A stretch of DNA of 64,000 nt from the NCBI GenBank assembly GCA_030390025.1, contig CM059429.1, positions 16,492,001 to 16,556,000 on the forward strand, in the 5' to 3' direction. This DNA is from Squalus acanthias. Its lineage: Eukaryota. The notes under the pieces were generated by a model. That model saw nothing but the letters and a program-made list of their open reading frames with translations, was not told the DNA's origin and did not search any database. A program made the position numbers and the translations under genes. Positions 49,001 to 60,010 of the stretch are shown in pieces (the first letter of the stretch is position 1; the number at the start of each line of letters is the position of its first letter).

Positions 49001-52000
49001 AATTTTTTTTTGGAATTGCTGTGTAGTATGAATGATCACATCTGCATTCTAGCGTAAAAAAAGTACCTTGTTGTTTGTGTCCATCTCTGGATCCTCATCT
49101 CGAGCAGCTACTGCACTGCATCTGACTGTGTAACACAGCAAGTTATTCCTGTCATGGAAGGGGGAGACAACAAGTATTACAGTCAGGAACCAACTAGAGC
49201 TACATGTGTGCATTTACTAACTGGTGAATACGTCTCTACTGAGATAGTGGAGACCAAACAGCTTGTGTTGCAATAGTTGGCGGGTTGTCATGCTATAGTG
49301 TTACACTGGATCTAATGTCAGCCATGGCTCATTGGGTAGCACCCTCGTCTCGGAGTCAGAAGGTTGTGGGGTTAAGTTCCACTCCAGAGACTTGAGCACA
49401 AAAATCCTGGCTGACACTCCAGGGCAGTACTGAGGGAGTGCTGCACTGTCGGAGGTGCTGTCTTTCGGATAAGACGTTAAACCGAGGCCCCGTCTGCTCT
49501 CTCAGGTAGATGTAAAAGATTCTATGGCACTATTTTGAAGAAGAGTAGGGGAGTTATTCCCTGTGCCCTGGACAATATTTATCTCTCAATCAACATCACT
49601 AAAAGAAAAACAGATTATCTGGTCATTATCACATTGCTGTTCGTGGGGTCTTGCTGTGCGTAAATTGGTTGCGAGTTTCCTACATTACAACAGTGACTAC
49701 ACTTCAAAAAATACTTCATTGGCTGTAAAGCATTTGGGATGTTCGTTGGTAGTGATTAGAGCTATAGAAATGCAAGTCTTTCTTTCTTTTAGATATTCTC
49801 TCAGGTCCAATGTCACGGTCATTCATGTCCCCTACAATCCTGAGCGCACCTTTACTGTGATGGACTGAGATACTCTAGGAAAATAAGGCACGATTGTAAA
49901 ACAACAAACTAGTTTATTTTACATAACATGCATTAATGAACAGAATACGGTTTACATAGTGAGATTAATTTATCTCCTACTGCTTCCCATTCCATAAAAT
50001 ATGAAACTTTGTCATTGTTCTAGGGAAAAAAAGCTCATTTTCAAGCTAGCTGTTCCTAAGCTAACTGGTCATGTGTTCCTCGGTTACAGGCTGTACCCAC
50101 TCGTATGCCTGCCTGGAGTCTCTGTCTCAAGAGAAAGTGAAAGCATAAAGAAGAACAAAATAGAGAGCGAAAACAGGACATCGATGATCCTCTAATCCCT
50201 CACTCAGAGGAGATTGGCCCACTGAGCCTTCAATCAAAGTTACCACCCTGACTGACATGCCTCTAATTTGATGTAGGAGCCCGTGTGTATGTTTAGCTAA
50301 GGCCCCTGCCAGGGGCGTTGAATGAAAAAATTCTATCACAATGGTGAGAAATGCTTAGAATTACATCTAGCAATTTGCATCCTCTCAAAGCTAACGTAAC
50401 ATGCAAATGTAAATAGTCTGTTGGCTGTTCGGTTTCTCTTTGGGAAGCTCGTTAACACTTCCAATCACGCAGGTCTCTACTCATTGTTGCCTATTTAACA
50501 TTTCAGATCGCCGTAGCTCCATGTCTGCTGACCAATGGCAAGTCAAATGATGCTGTCTCTGTGGAGTTGACCCTTTGTAAACTGAATCCAACCTTACTAC
50601 AACAACAACCATAACAACTTGCATTTATATAGTGCCTTTAACATAGTAAAACTTCCCAAGGCACTTTACAGCAGCGTTATCAAACAGAATTTGACACCGA
50701 GCCACATAAGATAATATTAGGGCAGATGACCAAAAGCTTGGTCAAAGAGGTAGGTTTTAAGGAGCGTCTTAAAGAAGGAAAGAGAGGTAGAGAGGCAGAG
50801 AGCCAATCCAGAGCGGAGGGCCTTGGCAGCGGCCGCCAATGGTGGAGCGATTAAAATCGGGGATGCTCAAGAGGCCAGAATTGAAGGTGCACAGATTATT
50901 GGAGGGTTGTAGATCTGGAGGAGGTTACAGAGATAGGGAGGGGCGAGGCCATGGAGGGATTTGAAAACAAGGATGAGAATTTTAAAATCGAGGCTTGGCT
51001 TAACCCAACCTAATAACATAATATAAACTAAAATAAACTGGCTTACAGGCCAGAGGTAAAGGGCCCAAAACGATACACAAAATTTAGAATTCTGTTTCTC
51101 TGCTGACAGTGGAATTGGCTCTAAACCATTATTGTAGAGGGGCTGCAATGAAGGTTCACTAGATTGATTCCTGGGATGAAAGGGTTGTCCTACAAGGAGA
51201 GATTGAGTAGAATGGGCCTGTATTCTCTGGAAGAGGTGATCTCAATGAAACGTGTAAAATTCTTAAGAGGGCTTTACAGGGTAGAAGCCGAGAGGTTATT
51301 TCCCATGGCTGCAGTGTCTAGAACTAGGGAATCATAGTCTCAGGATAAGGGGTCGGCCATTTAGGACGGAGATAAGACAAAATGTCTTCACTCAAAGGGT
51401 TGTGAATCTTTGGAATTCTCTACCCAAGAGGGATGTGGATGCTCAGTCGTTGAGTGTATTCAAGACTGAGATCGATAGATATTTTGGACACTAAGGGAAC
51501 CAAGGGTTATGGGGACCGGGCAGGAAAGTGGAGTTGAGGTAGAAGATCAGCCATGATATTACTGAATGGCGGCGCAGGCTCGAGGGGCCATACGGCCTAC
51601 TCCTGCTCCTATTTCTTATGTTCACCTCTGGATATATGTATTTGAATACAGCTCAAGGCATTGTCCAATGGGCAATTGCAACTGCTTGTAAACATGTGTA
51701 GAACTCCATTCACCAACATTCAACTAGCACTTAAATTTTAATGTTGGGAAAGTCAACTCTCTTGTCAGCATTAAGGTGATCTGGTAAACTGTATGCGCAT
51801 TTTTGAAACTTGGCCTCACACTGGGCTGCAGCTATGAAGTCCAAGTAGTGTGAAACTACCCCTTTACCACATATGATTCTGGTGACTTTGCACCTAAATT
51901 AAACTGTCAGCCGTGGCTCAGTCAGTAGCACTCTCACCTGAGTCAGAGGGTTGTGGGTTCAAGTCCCACTCCAGGGACTTGAGCACAAAAATCCAGGCTG

Positions 52001-55000
52001 ACACTACAGAGCAGTACTGAGGGGGTGCTGCACTGTCGGAGGTGCTGTTAAACCGAGGCCCCGTCTGCTCTCTCAGGTGGGCTTATAAGATCCCATGACA
52101 CTATTTCTAAGAGCAGGGGAGTTATCCCTGGTGTCCTGGCCAATATTTATGTCTCAATTAACATCACTAAAAAAACAGATTATCTGGTCATTATGACATT
52201 GCTGTTTGTGGGAGCTTGCTGTGCGCAATTTGGCTGCTGCGTTTCCCACATTACAACAGTGACTACACTTCAAAAATGTTTTGTTGGCTGTAAAGCACTT
52301 TGGGACATGAAATGCACTATATAAATACAAGTTTTTTTTTTTCCGTTGTACTGCTTACGTCAATACAAAGCCAAGGGTCACTGTGCATCAATACAAAGTG
52401 TGTAGTGTAACAACCCTATAAAAGGTTCCCCTGCACCCTTGAGCTCCGATGGCAGGACCACAGAATGTTTCTTGTCCAAATTTTGTCGTACCTGGTAATG
52501 ACGTGCAGGAACTGGGGACTAAGCACTGCTTGCCTGGCCTTTTCTGGGTACTTGTAGGTGGAGAGCTGTTGCACCATATTGCCAACAGCGTACAGGTAGC
52601 CTACGTGTGGCAATGAAAAGAAACAAAAGAGGCTGAGCATCTGCTTCTCCTTCCTCCCAGGGCGTCTGTCCGATTCCAAGTCTCCTAGGTCAAAACACAA
52701 AGCAAGGTGAGAAGTGGAGCTATTCTTATTTATTTAAAAAAAATAATAATCATGATTATAGCCATCTGGTGCATCAGTTTAATTTTTTTGAGAGGTTAAG
52801 ACGACGATATGCAGATGTAGAAGCCAACTATTTGTCCATGTGTAATGCGGCAATCTGCAGTAAATGTACTGGCAATGCTTCAAACATTACTGGTGGATCG
52901 GGCAACACGGTGGCATAGTGGTTAGCACTGGTGCCTCACAGTGCCAGGGACCCGGGTTCGAATCTGGCCTCGGGTGACTGTCGGTGTGGAGTTTGCACAT
53001 TCTCCCCGTGCCTGCGTGGGTTTCCTCCGGGTGCTCCGGTTTCCTCCCACAGTCCAAAAATGTGCGGGTTAGGTTGATTTGGCTATGATAAATTGACCCT
53101 TAGTGTTAGGGGGGGAATTAAATACGTGGGGTTATGGGGATAGGGTGGGATATGAGTCGGTGCAGGCTCGATGGGGATTCTGTGTGAGAAAGCAGGGACA
53201 GGGTACTGGATTTGGATGATCAGCCATGATCGTATTGAATGGTGGAGCAGGCTCGACGGGCCGAATGGCCTACTCCTGCTCCTAGTTTCTATGTTTCTAT
53301 CTCCCATCGCAGTGCACATGGTAAGTTGGATGGTGTGCAGCTGTGCAAGGACAGGAGTATTATAGCAGAACGTATTATTCTGCTGCCAAGGTACAGCGGT
53401 GTTTAAATGGCCTGTACCTTTAAGGTTACAAAGCTTAATTGCTGGGAATTGGTATATCCTGAAGTGAATTCGAAGGTGTCTTAGGTTTCTTTCAGGTGCA
53501 AGGTTTAAAAGACGCTACATGAGCATGTTCGCGTCAAGCCAGTTGTGGTCTGTTGCTGGTTTTTTTTTGAGTCAGATGAAAGTGTGGCACAGACTATGTG
53601 CCAGATGCAAGATTTTATATGCACACAATAGAGAGAAAAACAAATTAGCTGCTCCCCCATGGCATTACTCATTGACAAAAAAAGTATAATTTATGCATCT
53701 CTCTCTCTCTTCACGTAACTGTCTCCCTGCTGAGTCCTCCTCTAAATCTTTGGTGAAAACTCTACAATACCATTAAGACACGCGAAAAAAAATTTTTTTG
53801 TACATACACCAACATAAAAAAAAAAAATCAGGGCAATCGGTCTCAAAAGAAGTTTGTCCTCCACTTCTTTATTGTTCCCCTTCCCAGTTTGCCACTCTCT
53901 CTCGCTCTCTCACGCACACATTAACTTGGCTCAGTTGACAGCACTCTCACCACAGAGTGAGAAGGCTGAGTATTCAAAGCCCCACCCAGAGTCCCAGCAC
54001 AGAATCTAGGCTGAATCTCTCTCCAGAGGGAACGTTAGACACAAAACCAGGCTGATGCCCAAAGATAATCAAGTAACGCTCTCGAGAATATTCACGCCAC
54101 ACAAGCCAAGGCTGGTGTGCTATGGGTTACAGTACCTGTAGAGTACATTGGGAGTAACTGAAGGGAATGTAGAGAGGTCTCCTCAACTGAGTAAATGTGG
54201 GATAGATCTGGAGCAAAACGCCTTGGGATAGAAAAACATCAAAATTACAATTTATCTTTCAAAATTATAGATGTTCAGCATTAAAAAAATATTATAAATC
54301 GGAAGGGGAGAATAAATTGGAGGGACCATTGTTGCCAGGATGCTGTGTTGCTTTGCCTAGTGACTGGCTTATGCTGCATGAACAGACACCCTGGGAATAA
54401 GTTACTTTGTCTCAGACCCTAGAAGCGAGTGAGTTAGTGAGGCTAGAAAATAGGAGAATGTTTTGGGAAGGGAGGCTTGGCGGAAGAGAATTTAAACAAA
54501 AAAAGAACGACTTGCATTTATATAGCGCCCTTCACGACCTCAGGACGTCCCAAAGTGCTTTACAGCCAATGAAGTACCTTTGAAGTGTAGTCACTGTTGT
54601 AATGTAGCAAACGTGGCAGCCAATTTGCACTTTTGCTCTGATTCTTTTGCCAATTACTTTAAATCTGTGTCCTCTGGTTACCGACCCTCCTGCCCGCGGA
54701 AACAGTTTCTCCTTATTTACTCTATCAAAACCCTTCATAATGACAGAAAATAGATTTTATTTTTGATGCAAGAACCCAGCCCATTGTGGAAATTACGTCC
54801 CATTCACACGTTACCATGAAGAAATTATGCGGCCTTGATAGTGTGATAACTCAAAATGATCTGATCCCGTTCCAATGTAAATGAATGAAGAGAGGCCACA
54901 ACAGACATATCTGCATCAAGTGTGCGTCCCTGCCCATTGGTGTATAAAGTAACAGTGTTAGTTGTGCTTGCGATTCCCCATATAGCAAACTAATTTCTTG

Positions 55001-58000
55001 CTTTCTCTTTGCTGGGAGGTTCCCTGCACTATGTACCATCCATAGCAGACAGAAATGGCTGCAGACCTGTTTGGAGGCCTTTACCAATAGAAGAAAGACA
55101 GACTTGCATTTATATAGCGCCTTTCACGACCACCGGACGTCTCAAAGCGCTTTACAGCCAATGAAGTATTTTTGAAGTGGAGTCACTGTTGTACTGTGGG
55201 AAACGCGGCAGCCAATTTGCACACAGCAAGCTCCCACAAACAGCAATGTGATAATGACCAGATAATCTGTTTTTGTTTATGTTGGTTGAGGGATAAATAT
55301 TGGCCAGGACACCGGGGATAACTCCCCTGCTCTTCTTCGAAATAGCGCCATGGGATCTTTTACGTCCACCTGAGAGAGCAGAAGGGGCCTCGGTTTAACA
55401 TCTCATCCGAAAGATGGCACCTCCGACAGTGCAGCACTCCCTCAGTCCTGCACTGGAGTGTCAGCCTAGCTTTATGTGCTCAAGTCCCATGGAGTGGGAC
55501 TTGAACCCACAACCTTCTGACTCAGAGGCAAGTGTGCTACCAACTGAGCCACAGCTGACTCAATGACACAAGGACCCAGGCAGCTCCCTGTACTGAGCAT
55601 CTCTCCATGATAGCACAGCGAGATCAGGAATTCACTGTAAGGCAGACCACAAGCGTGAACCCATGTCCGACCACTTCAAGACATAAGACACTGGAGCTTC
55701 ACTGCTCTGCCCTGCACTCAGCAAGTTTCTTATTTCAGCCTTACCATCAAAGGGGTGGCGGGTGGGGGGAAGGTAACTGACTGGAGGGAATTAAAACAAA
55801 AAACTTAAAATTGTCCCATGCTGCTGTAGTACATCAAATAACTGGTTAGATTTCCAGTAGCAGGGCCATAGAGAAACGTTGTCTCTTTGGCCTCGTCACC
55901 AGGATAGAGTGCATGTCACAGGTGTGACTAACCAAGAGTGACTGGTTAAGTAAAAGTACACATTATTGCAAAATGATGTAGCCATTTTGCATAAGCTAGC
56001 TTAAACCCAACAGGCAAAGACAATTTAAGAGCGAAGAGTATTTATAACAACAACAAGCATTTGTATAGTGCTTTTAACACAGTAAAATGCTCCACGGCAC
56101 TTCACATGAGTGTTATCAAACAAAATTAGGACAGATGACCAAAAGCTTGGTCAAAGAGGCAGGTTTTAAGGTGCATCTTAAACGAGAGAGAGGCGGAGAG
56201 GTTTAGGGAGGGAATTCTAGAGCCTGGGGCCTAGGCAGCTGAAGGTACGGCTGCCAATGGTGAAACGATTAGAATCGGGGATGTTCAAGAAGCCAGAATT
56301 CAAGGAGCGCAGATATCGCGGAGAGTTGTAGGACTGGAGGGGGTTACAGAGATAGGGAGGGGCGAGGCCATGGAAGAATTTGAAAACAAGAAAGAGAATT
56401 TTTTTTAATTTTTTTTATAAATCGAAGCGTAGCCGGACCGGGATACAATGTTGGTCAGCGAGCACAGGGGTAAAATGAATTTTATACACTAGCCTGCAGA
56501 GTGACATTTTACAGATCCCAAAGATCGGCCTTGCCTCACCTGTAGAGAATCTGCCGTAGGCACAAACTATTCTGCAGCTCAGTCGTCAAACCCTCCACAC
56601 CTGTCCACTCCAAACTGACCGAGACTCCTGATCCAGACGTGTCTTCGCCAAGCAGTTCCAAAGGGCTCTGAAAGAGGACAAATTCATCCTGTCCTTGGCT
56701 CAGAGTCGCTGCTAAAAGAAATGCGCACATGCAAAGATCAGTTAAAAACGATACTTTTAGGACTGCTGCATGGAGACAGCTTGGGAGCAGACATCCTATA
56801 TAGCGTTCTTCCTCAGTGACATCCTGAATCAAAACACTGGGCTGCGAGCAACACTGCCCAACATTATGTGGGTCATTTTCAATTTCGACAGGGGCTGAAA
56901 ACCATCCGTCGCCAATCGGCTGCCCAATATACACCCCGCCCGCTGTTCCGTTCAATTGAAAGAAAGACTCGCATTTATGTAGCGCCTTTCATGACCTCAG
57001 GACGTCGCAAAGCACTTCACAGCCAACGAAGTACTTTTTGAAGTGTAGTCACTGTTGTAATGTAGGAAACGCAGCAGCCAATGTGCGCACAGCAAGCTCC
57101 CACAAACAGCAATATGATAATGGCCAGATAATCTGTTTTTAGTGATGTTGATTGAGGGATAAATATCAGCCAGGGCACCGGAGAGAATTCCCCTGCACTT
57201 CTTAGAATAGTGTCATGGGATCTTTTACATCTACCCGAAAGGGCAGATATCATGATTATGGCAAGTGATTGGTTATTGCTAATGAACCGGCACGTTGCTG
57301 CCCAGATATTTCTTAATGCAAAACTGTGGCTTTCAAGCAGCAAGTCCCACTCAATGCAGAGATCTGCAGGATTTGTCAGGGATTTTTGCACTGCACCAGC
57401 TTACTTGCCCCAATCATAATGTTGTCGGAGCGGGTAGGGACTGTTTGAAGCTTTTTGTTTTGCCCACCCATCCCAACAAATGTTCTTCTCCTTCCCTGCC
57501 CCTCACCTGAAGTACTGACCGCCCCCCCCTTTCGCTAGGGTTTGGTGCTACCTGCACTGATGCCTTGTCCACCATGCCATTCGTCATCTCTGACTTTAGG
57601 TAGACAGCGTTGGCAGATTTTTTTGACTGTGCTAAAAGGGAGGGTGTCCCAGCTAAAAATCGAATTGTATCCATACCTGATATCCACCCGTATACACTTC
57701 TTGCAAGAGTTGGTGAACAACCTGGCCAACTTTCACCTCCCTGCCCTCAGGGCTGCCAATTTTATCACCCCTACCACTAACGCAGTGAAGATCAGTTAGA
57801 GGCACCCTACCCTGCTAACGTGAAGAAAGACTTGCATTTATAGAGCACCTTTCGCGACCACAGGACGTCCCAAAGCGCTTTACAACCAAAGAAGTACTTT
57901 TGAAGTGGAGTCACGGTTGTAATGTGGGAAACGCAGCAGACAATTTGCGCACAGCAAGCGCCCACAAACAGCAATGTGATAATGACCAGATCATCTGTTT

Positions 58001-59296
58001 TCGTGGTGTTGGTTGAGGGATAAATATTGGCCAGGACACGGAGGAGATCGCCTCTGCTCTTCTTCAAAATAGTGCCATGGGATCTTTTACATCCACCTGA
58101 GAGGGCAGACAGGGTTTTAACGTCTCATCTGAAAGACGGAAACCATTGACAGTGCTGCACTCCCTCAGTACTGCACTGAAGTGTCAGCCTAGATTATATG
58201 CTCAAATCCCTGGAGTGGGACTTGAAGCCACAACCTTCTGACTCAGAGGCAAGAGTGCGGCCACCACCTGAGTCACACCTGACATCTATGTAGAACTCAG
58301 TACCAATGTTACCTTGCGTAGAATTGAATATTCCATAATACTGTAGCAGCACAGGGCTGGAAAATAATGTACATGATTTGATGAATTTACCTTCTGCAGG
58401 CTCATCTTCCCCTTTGTAAATGTTCTTGTGGACTGGTGCTGCTTCCTGAAGGGTCTGCTGCTGGCCCTTGCTCTCCACTTGTTGGGCATGCTCCAGTTTT
58501 AGCACCAGCACTTCCAGGTCCGTTATCATGGCCAAGCAGCCATTACAAAAGGCCACTTCCACCAGGTTCAAACTGACATGCACGATCAGGAAACGCTCAA
58601 AATCTAACACGGGGCTTTCTCCATCCAGTATCTCCTCCTTCAAGCGGAATAACACCATCTTATCGTGGCACCCGACCATCAGATCTCCCTTCACGGGACA
58701 ACAGGAAATGGAGACCGGGGGCTCCGAAAGCGGTACTTCTACAATTTCCATCTGATCCTTGGGTGCTCCTTTAAAGGGAGCCTGCAACACATGTCCCACC
58801 ATCCGGATACCAACTCGTGATTTCCCCTGGGCTTGGCATCTTCTCCAATTCAAGTAGGCACGGAGGGAGAGCACCTTGCTCTTCTCTTCGATTGCAGCAA
58901 GATAGTCTCCTGAAAAAAGGTCGGGCATAACATAAACAAACCAAAAGACAAGTATATCCCTTATTTAATACAACTAGATCATTTATTATGCAGTCAAATA
59001 CGGTTCATTTGCAACGCCTTTATTTTTAAAGGAATGTAATTGATTTCAATTGAGGTCAATTCTATGCGGAAACATCATTTACCTGTTTCACTGTATGTTA
59101 TTTTCTGGACTTTCCCAAGGGTGGCAAAAGTGCAGATGGGCTCACATCCGCTCTCTGTAACGCGAAACGCTTGTATTTTACACCCAGCCGAGATAACGAA
59201 GAGCGTGTCGCGCCCGCAGCAGAAAGTGTCGGGTTCGTGTTGAACGGGGACGATCAGCTGGGAGGAAAACGGGTGGCAGTTGTACACTCGCACCAT
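19866..59296 (-). CDS. HPS3: Hermansky-Pudlak syndrome 3 protein (BLOC-2 subunit), complete spliced CDS, 17 coding exons, 3036 nt / 1011 aa
   Basis: N-terminus [13 protein letters not shown]..., internal [44 protein letters not shown] and C-terminal [23 protein letters not shown] are recognisable HPS3 motifs. All 16 introns are GT-AG and phases are continuous. Confidence 0.95.
20330..20743 (+). mobile_element. L2 LINE 3' fragment
   Basis: Homologous to 8655-9025. Confidence 0.85.
21198..21288 (-). CDS. HPS3: HPS3 coding exon 16
   Basis: tttcag|CCT..AAAG|gtattt; [30 protein letters not shown]. Confidence 0.94.
21408..22423. repeat. Minisatellite, 44-bp unit x about 23
   Basis: Head-to-tail GACACCTGGGAATGAGGCTGAATCCAGTCTATAGAAGGGCTAGT, period 44 (21421 to 21465), no spacers. 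Confidence 0.97.
22801..23479. mobile_element. Non-autonomous hAT-like DNA transposon
   Basis: Imperfect TIRs CACTGTTTCTCAAACT / AGTTTGAGAACTACTG; TSD not convincingly preserved. Confidence 0.6.
23490..23810 (-). mobile_element. Decayed Deu-domain SINE
   Basis: Degenerate similarity to 55089-55559. Confidence 0.6.
23900..24106 (-). CDS. HPS3: HPS3 coding exon 15
   Basis: ccatag|TCC..CAG|gtttgc; SILCGSS...[12 protein letters not shown]...[17 protein letters not shown]. Confidence 0.94.
24190..25330 (-). mobile_element. Decayed L2 ORF2 5' region (AP-endonuclease)
   Basis: [12 protein letters not shown]...[14 protein letters not shown] motif in ORF 24713-25177, frameshifted downstream. Confidence 0.7.
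25635..25739 (-). CDS. HPS3: HPS3 coding exon 14
   Basis: aaacag|ATA..CAG|gtttgt; [35 protein letters not shown] (hand-translated). Confidence 0.92.
26030..26225 (-). mobile_element. Deu-domain SINE 3' part
   Basis: Matches 55100-55290. Confidence 0.8.
27300..27560 (-). mobile_element. Decayed Deu-domain SINE 5' part
   Basis: Similar to 55290-55555. Confidence 0.65.
28939..30775 (-). mobile_element. 5'-truncated CR1 inserted antisense into ORF1 of the larger CR1
   Basis: ORFs 29025-29507, 29377-29787, 29793-30212, 30304-30525; nearly identical to 2160-3607. Confidence 0.92.
32858..33630 (+). mobile_element. Non-autonomous TIR DNA element (MITE-like, about 770 bp) inside CR1 ORF2
   Basis: 18-bp near-perfect TIR GG(C/G)CCAGATATTCCGATC / GATCGGAATATCTGGCCC; CR1 ORF2 (..HLENNN | ..QSQHGF) resumes on both sides. 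Confidence 0.85.
35793..35996 (-). CDS. HPS3: HPS3 coding exon 13
   Basis: ggcag|GCG..CTG|gtacgt; ALCEK...[16 protein letters not shown]...TPLKTVEEL. Confidence 0.94.
36613..37344 (-). mobile_element. Second copy of the same TIR element, opposite orientation
   Basis: TIR GGGCCGTATATTCCGATC / GATCGGAAAATACGGCCC; body is the reverse-complement homologue of 32858-33630. Confidence 0.85.
38100..38702 (+). mobile_element. CR1 3' fragment
   Basis: [12 protein letters not shown]-type sequence, [12 protein letters not shown]1 tail. Confidence 0.85.
38795..38971 (-). CDS. HPS3: HPS3 coding exon 12
   Basis: ttgacag|ATG..AAG|gtctgt; [14 protein letters not shown]...TQPGLLVAA...EEADLFFK. Confidence 0.94.
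38995..39728. repeat. Minisatellite, 36-bp unit (34-40 variants) x about 20
   Basis: TCAATGGAACGCAGTCAGTCA(G/C)TAACCCAGAGTGTG tandem copies. Confidence 0.97.
40020..40475 (+). mobile_element. Full-length Deu-domain SINE (SacSINE1-like)
   Basis: A-box TGGCTCAGTGGG, B-box GGTTCAAGTCC, Deu core (GGATGAGACGTTAAACCGAGG...AAAGATCCCATG), L2-like tail. Confidence 0.85.
40985..41350 (+). mobile_element. CR1-type 3' fragment with a different, longer 3' UTR
   Basis: [13 protein letters not shown]-type sequence followed by a UTR ending in a CR1-like stem-loop/ATGTTC tail. Confidence 0.55.
42255..43115 (+). mobile_element. CR1 3' fragment
   Basis: [43 protein letters not shown]. Confidence 0.9.
43256..43486 (-). 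CDS. HPS3: HPS3 coding exon 11
   Basis: ctatag|GAC..GAG|gtggag; [27 protein letters not shown]...[11 protein letters not shown]...ERYSE. Confidence 0.92.
43652..44127 (-). mobile_element. L2 LINE 3' fragment
   Basis: Reverse complement of the 8570-9025 family, (CAA)n tail. Confidence 0.85.
44563..44652. repeat. Poly-G run and (GGAT)n microsatellite
   Basis: Direct reading. Confidence 0.9.
44863..45040 (-). CDS. HPS3: HPS3 coding exon 10
   Basis: aatag|G..GCA|gtaagc; [22 protein letters not shown]...[17 protein letters not shown]. Confidence 0.94.
45727..47063. mobile_element. Non-autonomous hAT (Blackjack-like) element with an internal antisense CR1 fragment (about 46455-46990)
   Basis: 12-bp perfect TIR AGGGTTGCCAAC (45728-45739) / GTTGGCAACCCT (47051-47062); perfect 8-bp TSD GATTTCTG (45719-45726 / 47064-47071). 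Confidence 0.85.
47133..47314 (-). CDS. HPS3: HPS3 coding exon 9
   Basis: ttgcag|GTC..CA|gtatgt; [30 protein letters not shown]...LGDCFS; preceded by an 82-bp intron. Confidence 0.94.
47397..47505 (-). CDS. HPS3: HPS3 coding exon 8
   Basis: ttgtag|G..ATG|gtgagt; [36 protein letters not shown]. Confidence 0.92.
48288..48445 (-). CDS. HPS3: HPS3 coding exon 7
   Basis: gttag|GCC..TC|gtgagt; [37 protein letters not shown]. Confidence 0.93.
48605..48880 (+). mobile_element. Decayed Deu-domain SINE
   Basis: Degenerate match to the 49316 copy. Confidence 0.6.
49067..49148 (-). CDS. HPS3: HPS3 coding exon 6
   Basis: gacag|G..AAG|gtactt; [27 protein letters not shown]. Confidence 0.93.
49316..49790 (+). 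mobile_element. Full-length Deu-domain SINE
   Basis: As the 40020 copy; ends AAATGCAAGTCTTTCTTTC. Confidence 0.87.
50600..50993 (-). mobile_element. L2 LINE 3' fragment
   Basis: [19 protein letters not shown]; (CAA)n tail. Confidence 0.85.
51140..51625 (+). mobile_element. CR1 3' fragment
   Basis: Homologous to 17040-17520. Confidence 0.87.
51905..52342 (+). mobile_element. Deu-domain SINE
   Basis: As the 49316 copy. Confidence 0.87.
52492..52684 (-). CDS. HPS3: HPS3 coding exon 5
   Basis: cctag|GA..CCAG|gtacga; [16 protein letters not shown]...[21 protein letters not shown]. Confidence 0.95.
52900..53300 (+). mobile_element. HE1-like V-SINE (tRNA head + V domain + CR1-derived tail)
   Basis: GGTGGCATAGTGGTTAGCAC...GGTTCGAATC head; V domain TGTGGAGTTTGCACATTCTCCCCGTG...GGGTTTCCTCCGGGTGCTCCGGTTTCCTCCCAC; CR1 tail ending TTTCTATGTTTCTAT. 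Confidence 0.85.
54136..54221 (-). CDS. HPS3: HPS3 coding exon 4
   Basis: cccaag|G..ACAG|gtactg; [28 protein letters not shown] (hand-translated). Confidence 0.92.
54505..54740 (-). mobile_element. Deu-SINE tail joined to a CR1 fragment
   Basis: 54505-54630 SINE tail; 54632-54740 CR1 ([14 protein letters not shown]). Confidence 0.75.
55089..55559 (-). mobile_element. Full-length Deu-domain SINE
   Basis: Reverse complement of 49316-49790. Confidence 0.88.
56046..56470 (-). mobile_element. L2 LINE 3' fragment
   Basis: Same family as 43652 and 50600. Confidence 0.83.
56540..56711 (-). CDS. HPS3: HPS3 coding exon 3
   Basis: ttttag|CA..ACAG|gtgagg; [15 protein letters not shown]...LRQILYR. Confidence 0.92.
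56958..57245 (-). mobile_element. Deu-domain SINE 3' part
   Basis: Matches 55089-55380. Confidence 0.82.
57823..58277 (-). mobile_element. Deu-domain SINE
   Basis: Matches 55089-55559. Confidence 0.85.
58391..58909 (-). CDS. HPS3: HPS3 coding exon 2
   Basis: tttttcag|GA..GAAG|gtaaat; [23 protein letters not shown]...[13 protein letters not shown]...LDFERFL. Confidence 0.94.
59083..59296 (-). CDS. HPS3: HPS3 coding exon 1
   Basis: ATG at 59296; [34 protein letters not shown]...KITYSETG; donor ACAG|gtaaat. Confidence 0.93.
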
Positions 59297-59574
59297 CTCC
59301 AACGCGTTTACTGCTCTCTCCTAGAAATTAGGTGCAGACGGAGAGACGAGGCGCGGGAAGTTGGCCCGTTAAATTGCTAGGATCAGAGGGAAAGGAAAAA
59401 TGCACATTCAAGCATTGGCAGTCTGTTCATTAAACACATTCTCAGGAAAAAAAAACACGTTAGCTCAACTTGCATAACCGGTAGAGAATAAAAAAAAACT
59501 TAAGATTGCAATTTAATGTGTGCAAATTAACTCCAACACCAGACTATATTTATAACCAACAATTTATGCAACCA

Positions 59575-59701
59575 CAACACAAAAGCAAAATACTGCGGAT
59601 GCTGGAAATCTGAAATAAAAACAGAAAATGCTGGAAATGCTCAGGTCAGTAAGCATCTGTGGAGAGAGAAACAGAGTTAACGTTTCAAGTCGATGTCTGG
59701 G
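59575..59701 (-). mobile_element. Truncated Penelope-like terminus
   Basis: Same sequence as 5457-5572; 15-bp TSD CAATTTATGCAACCA (59560-59574 / 59702-59716). Confidence 0.78.
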
Positions 59702-59859
59702 CAATTTATGCAACCAACCGAGTTGCAGAAAGGTTCACATTGTTGCATTTTTCCCTTTGCAGAGGCTCCTTGTCGGATTATGTTGCTCCCTAACTCTGCA
59801 CCTTGACTTGTTATTTGCTCAGGTTCGCCGTTCTCCCACTGAAGTCCTTGGCATCGGAA

Positions 59860-60010
59860 TGTCACAAACTCCGGGCCACTTCCGCAACCATTGTGACAGC
59901 GAGACGATTGGATCCTTGTCTCAGCCAATTGGAATCGCCGTACCCGGATCACGCCGCTGTCAATCAAACGTGGCCAGCCAATCGGGATAGGAGACGAGAC
60001 GTCAATCAAG
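59860..60010. promoter_or_regulatory. Promoter-like cluster proximal to HPS3
   Basis: CpG-enriched; CACTTCCG (ETS-type) 59877-59884, CCAAT boxes at 59907, 59925/59928 and 59978, GACGTCA (CRE-like) 59998-60004; about 0.6 kb upstream of the HPS3 ATG. Confidence 0.55.
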
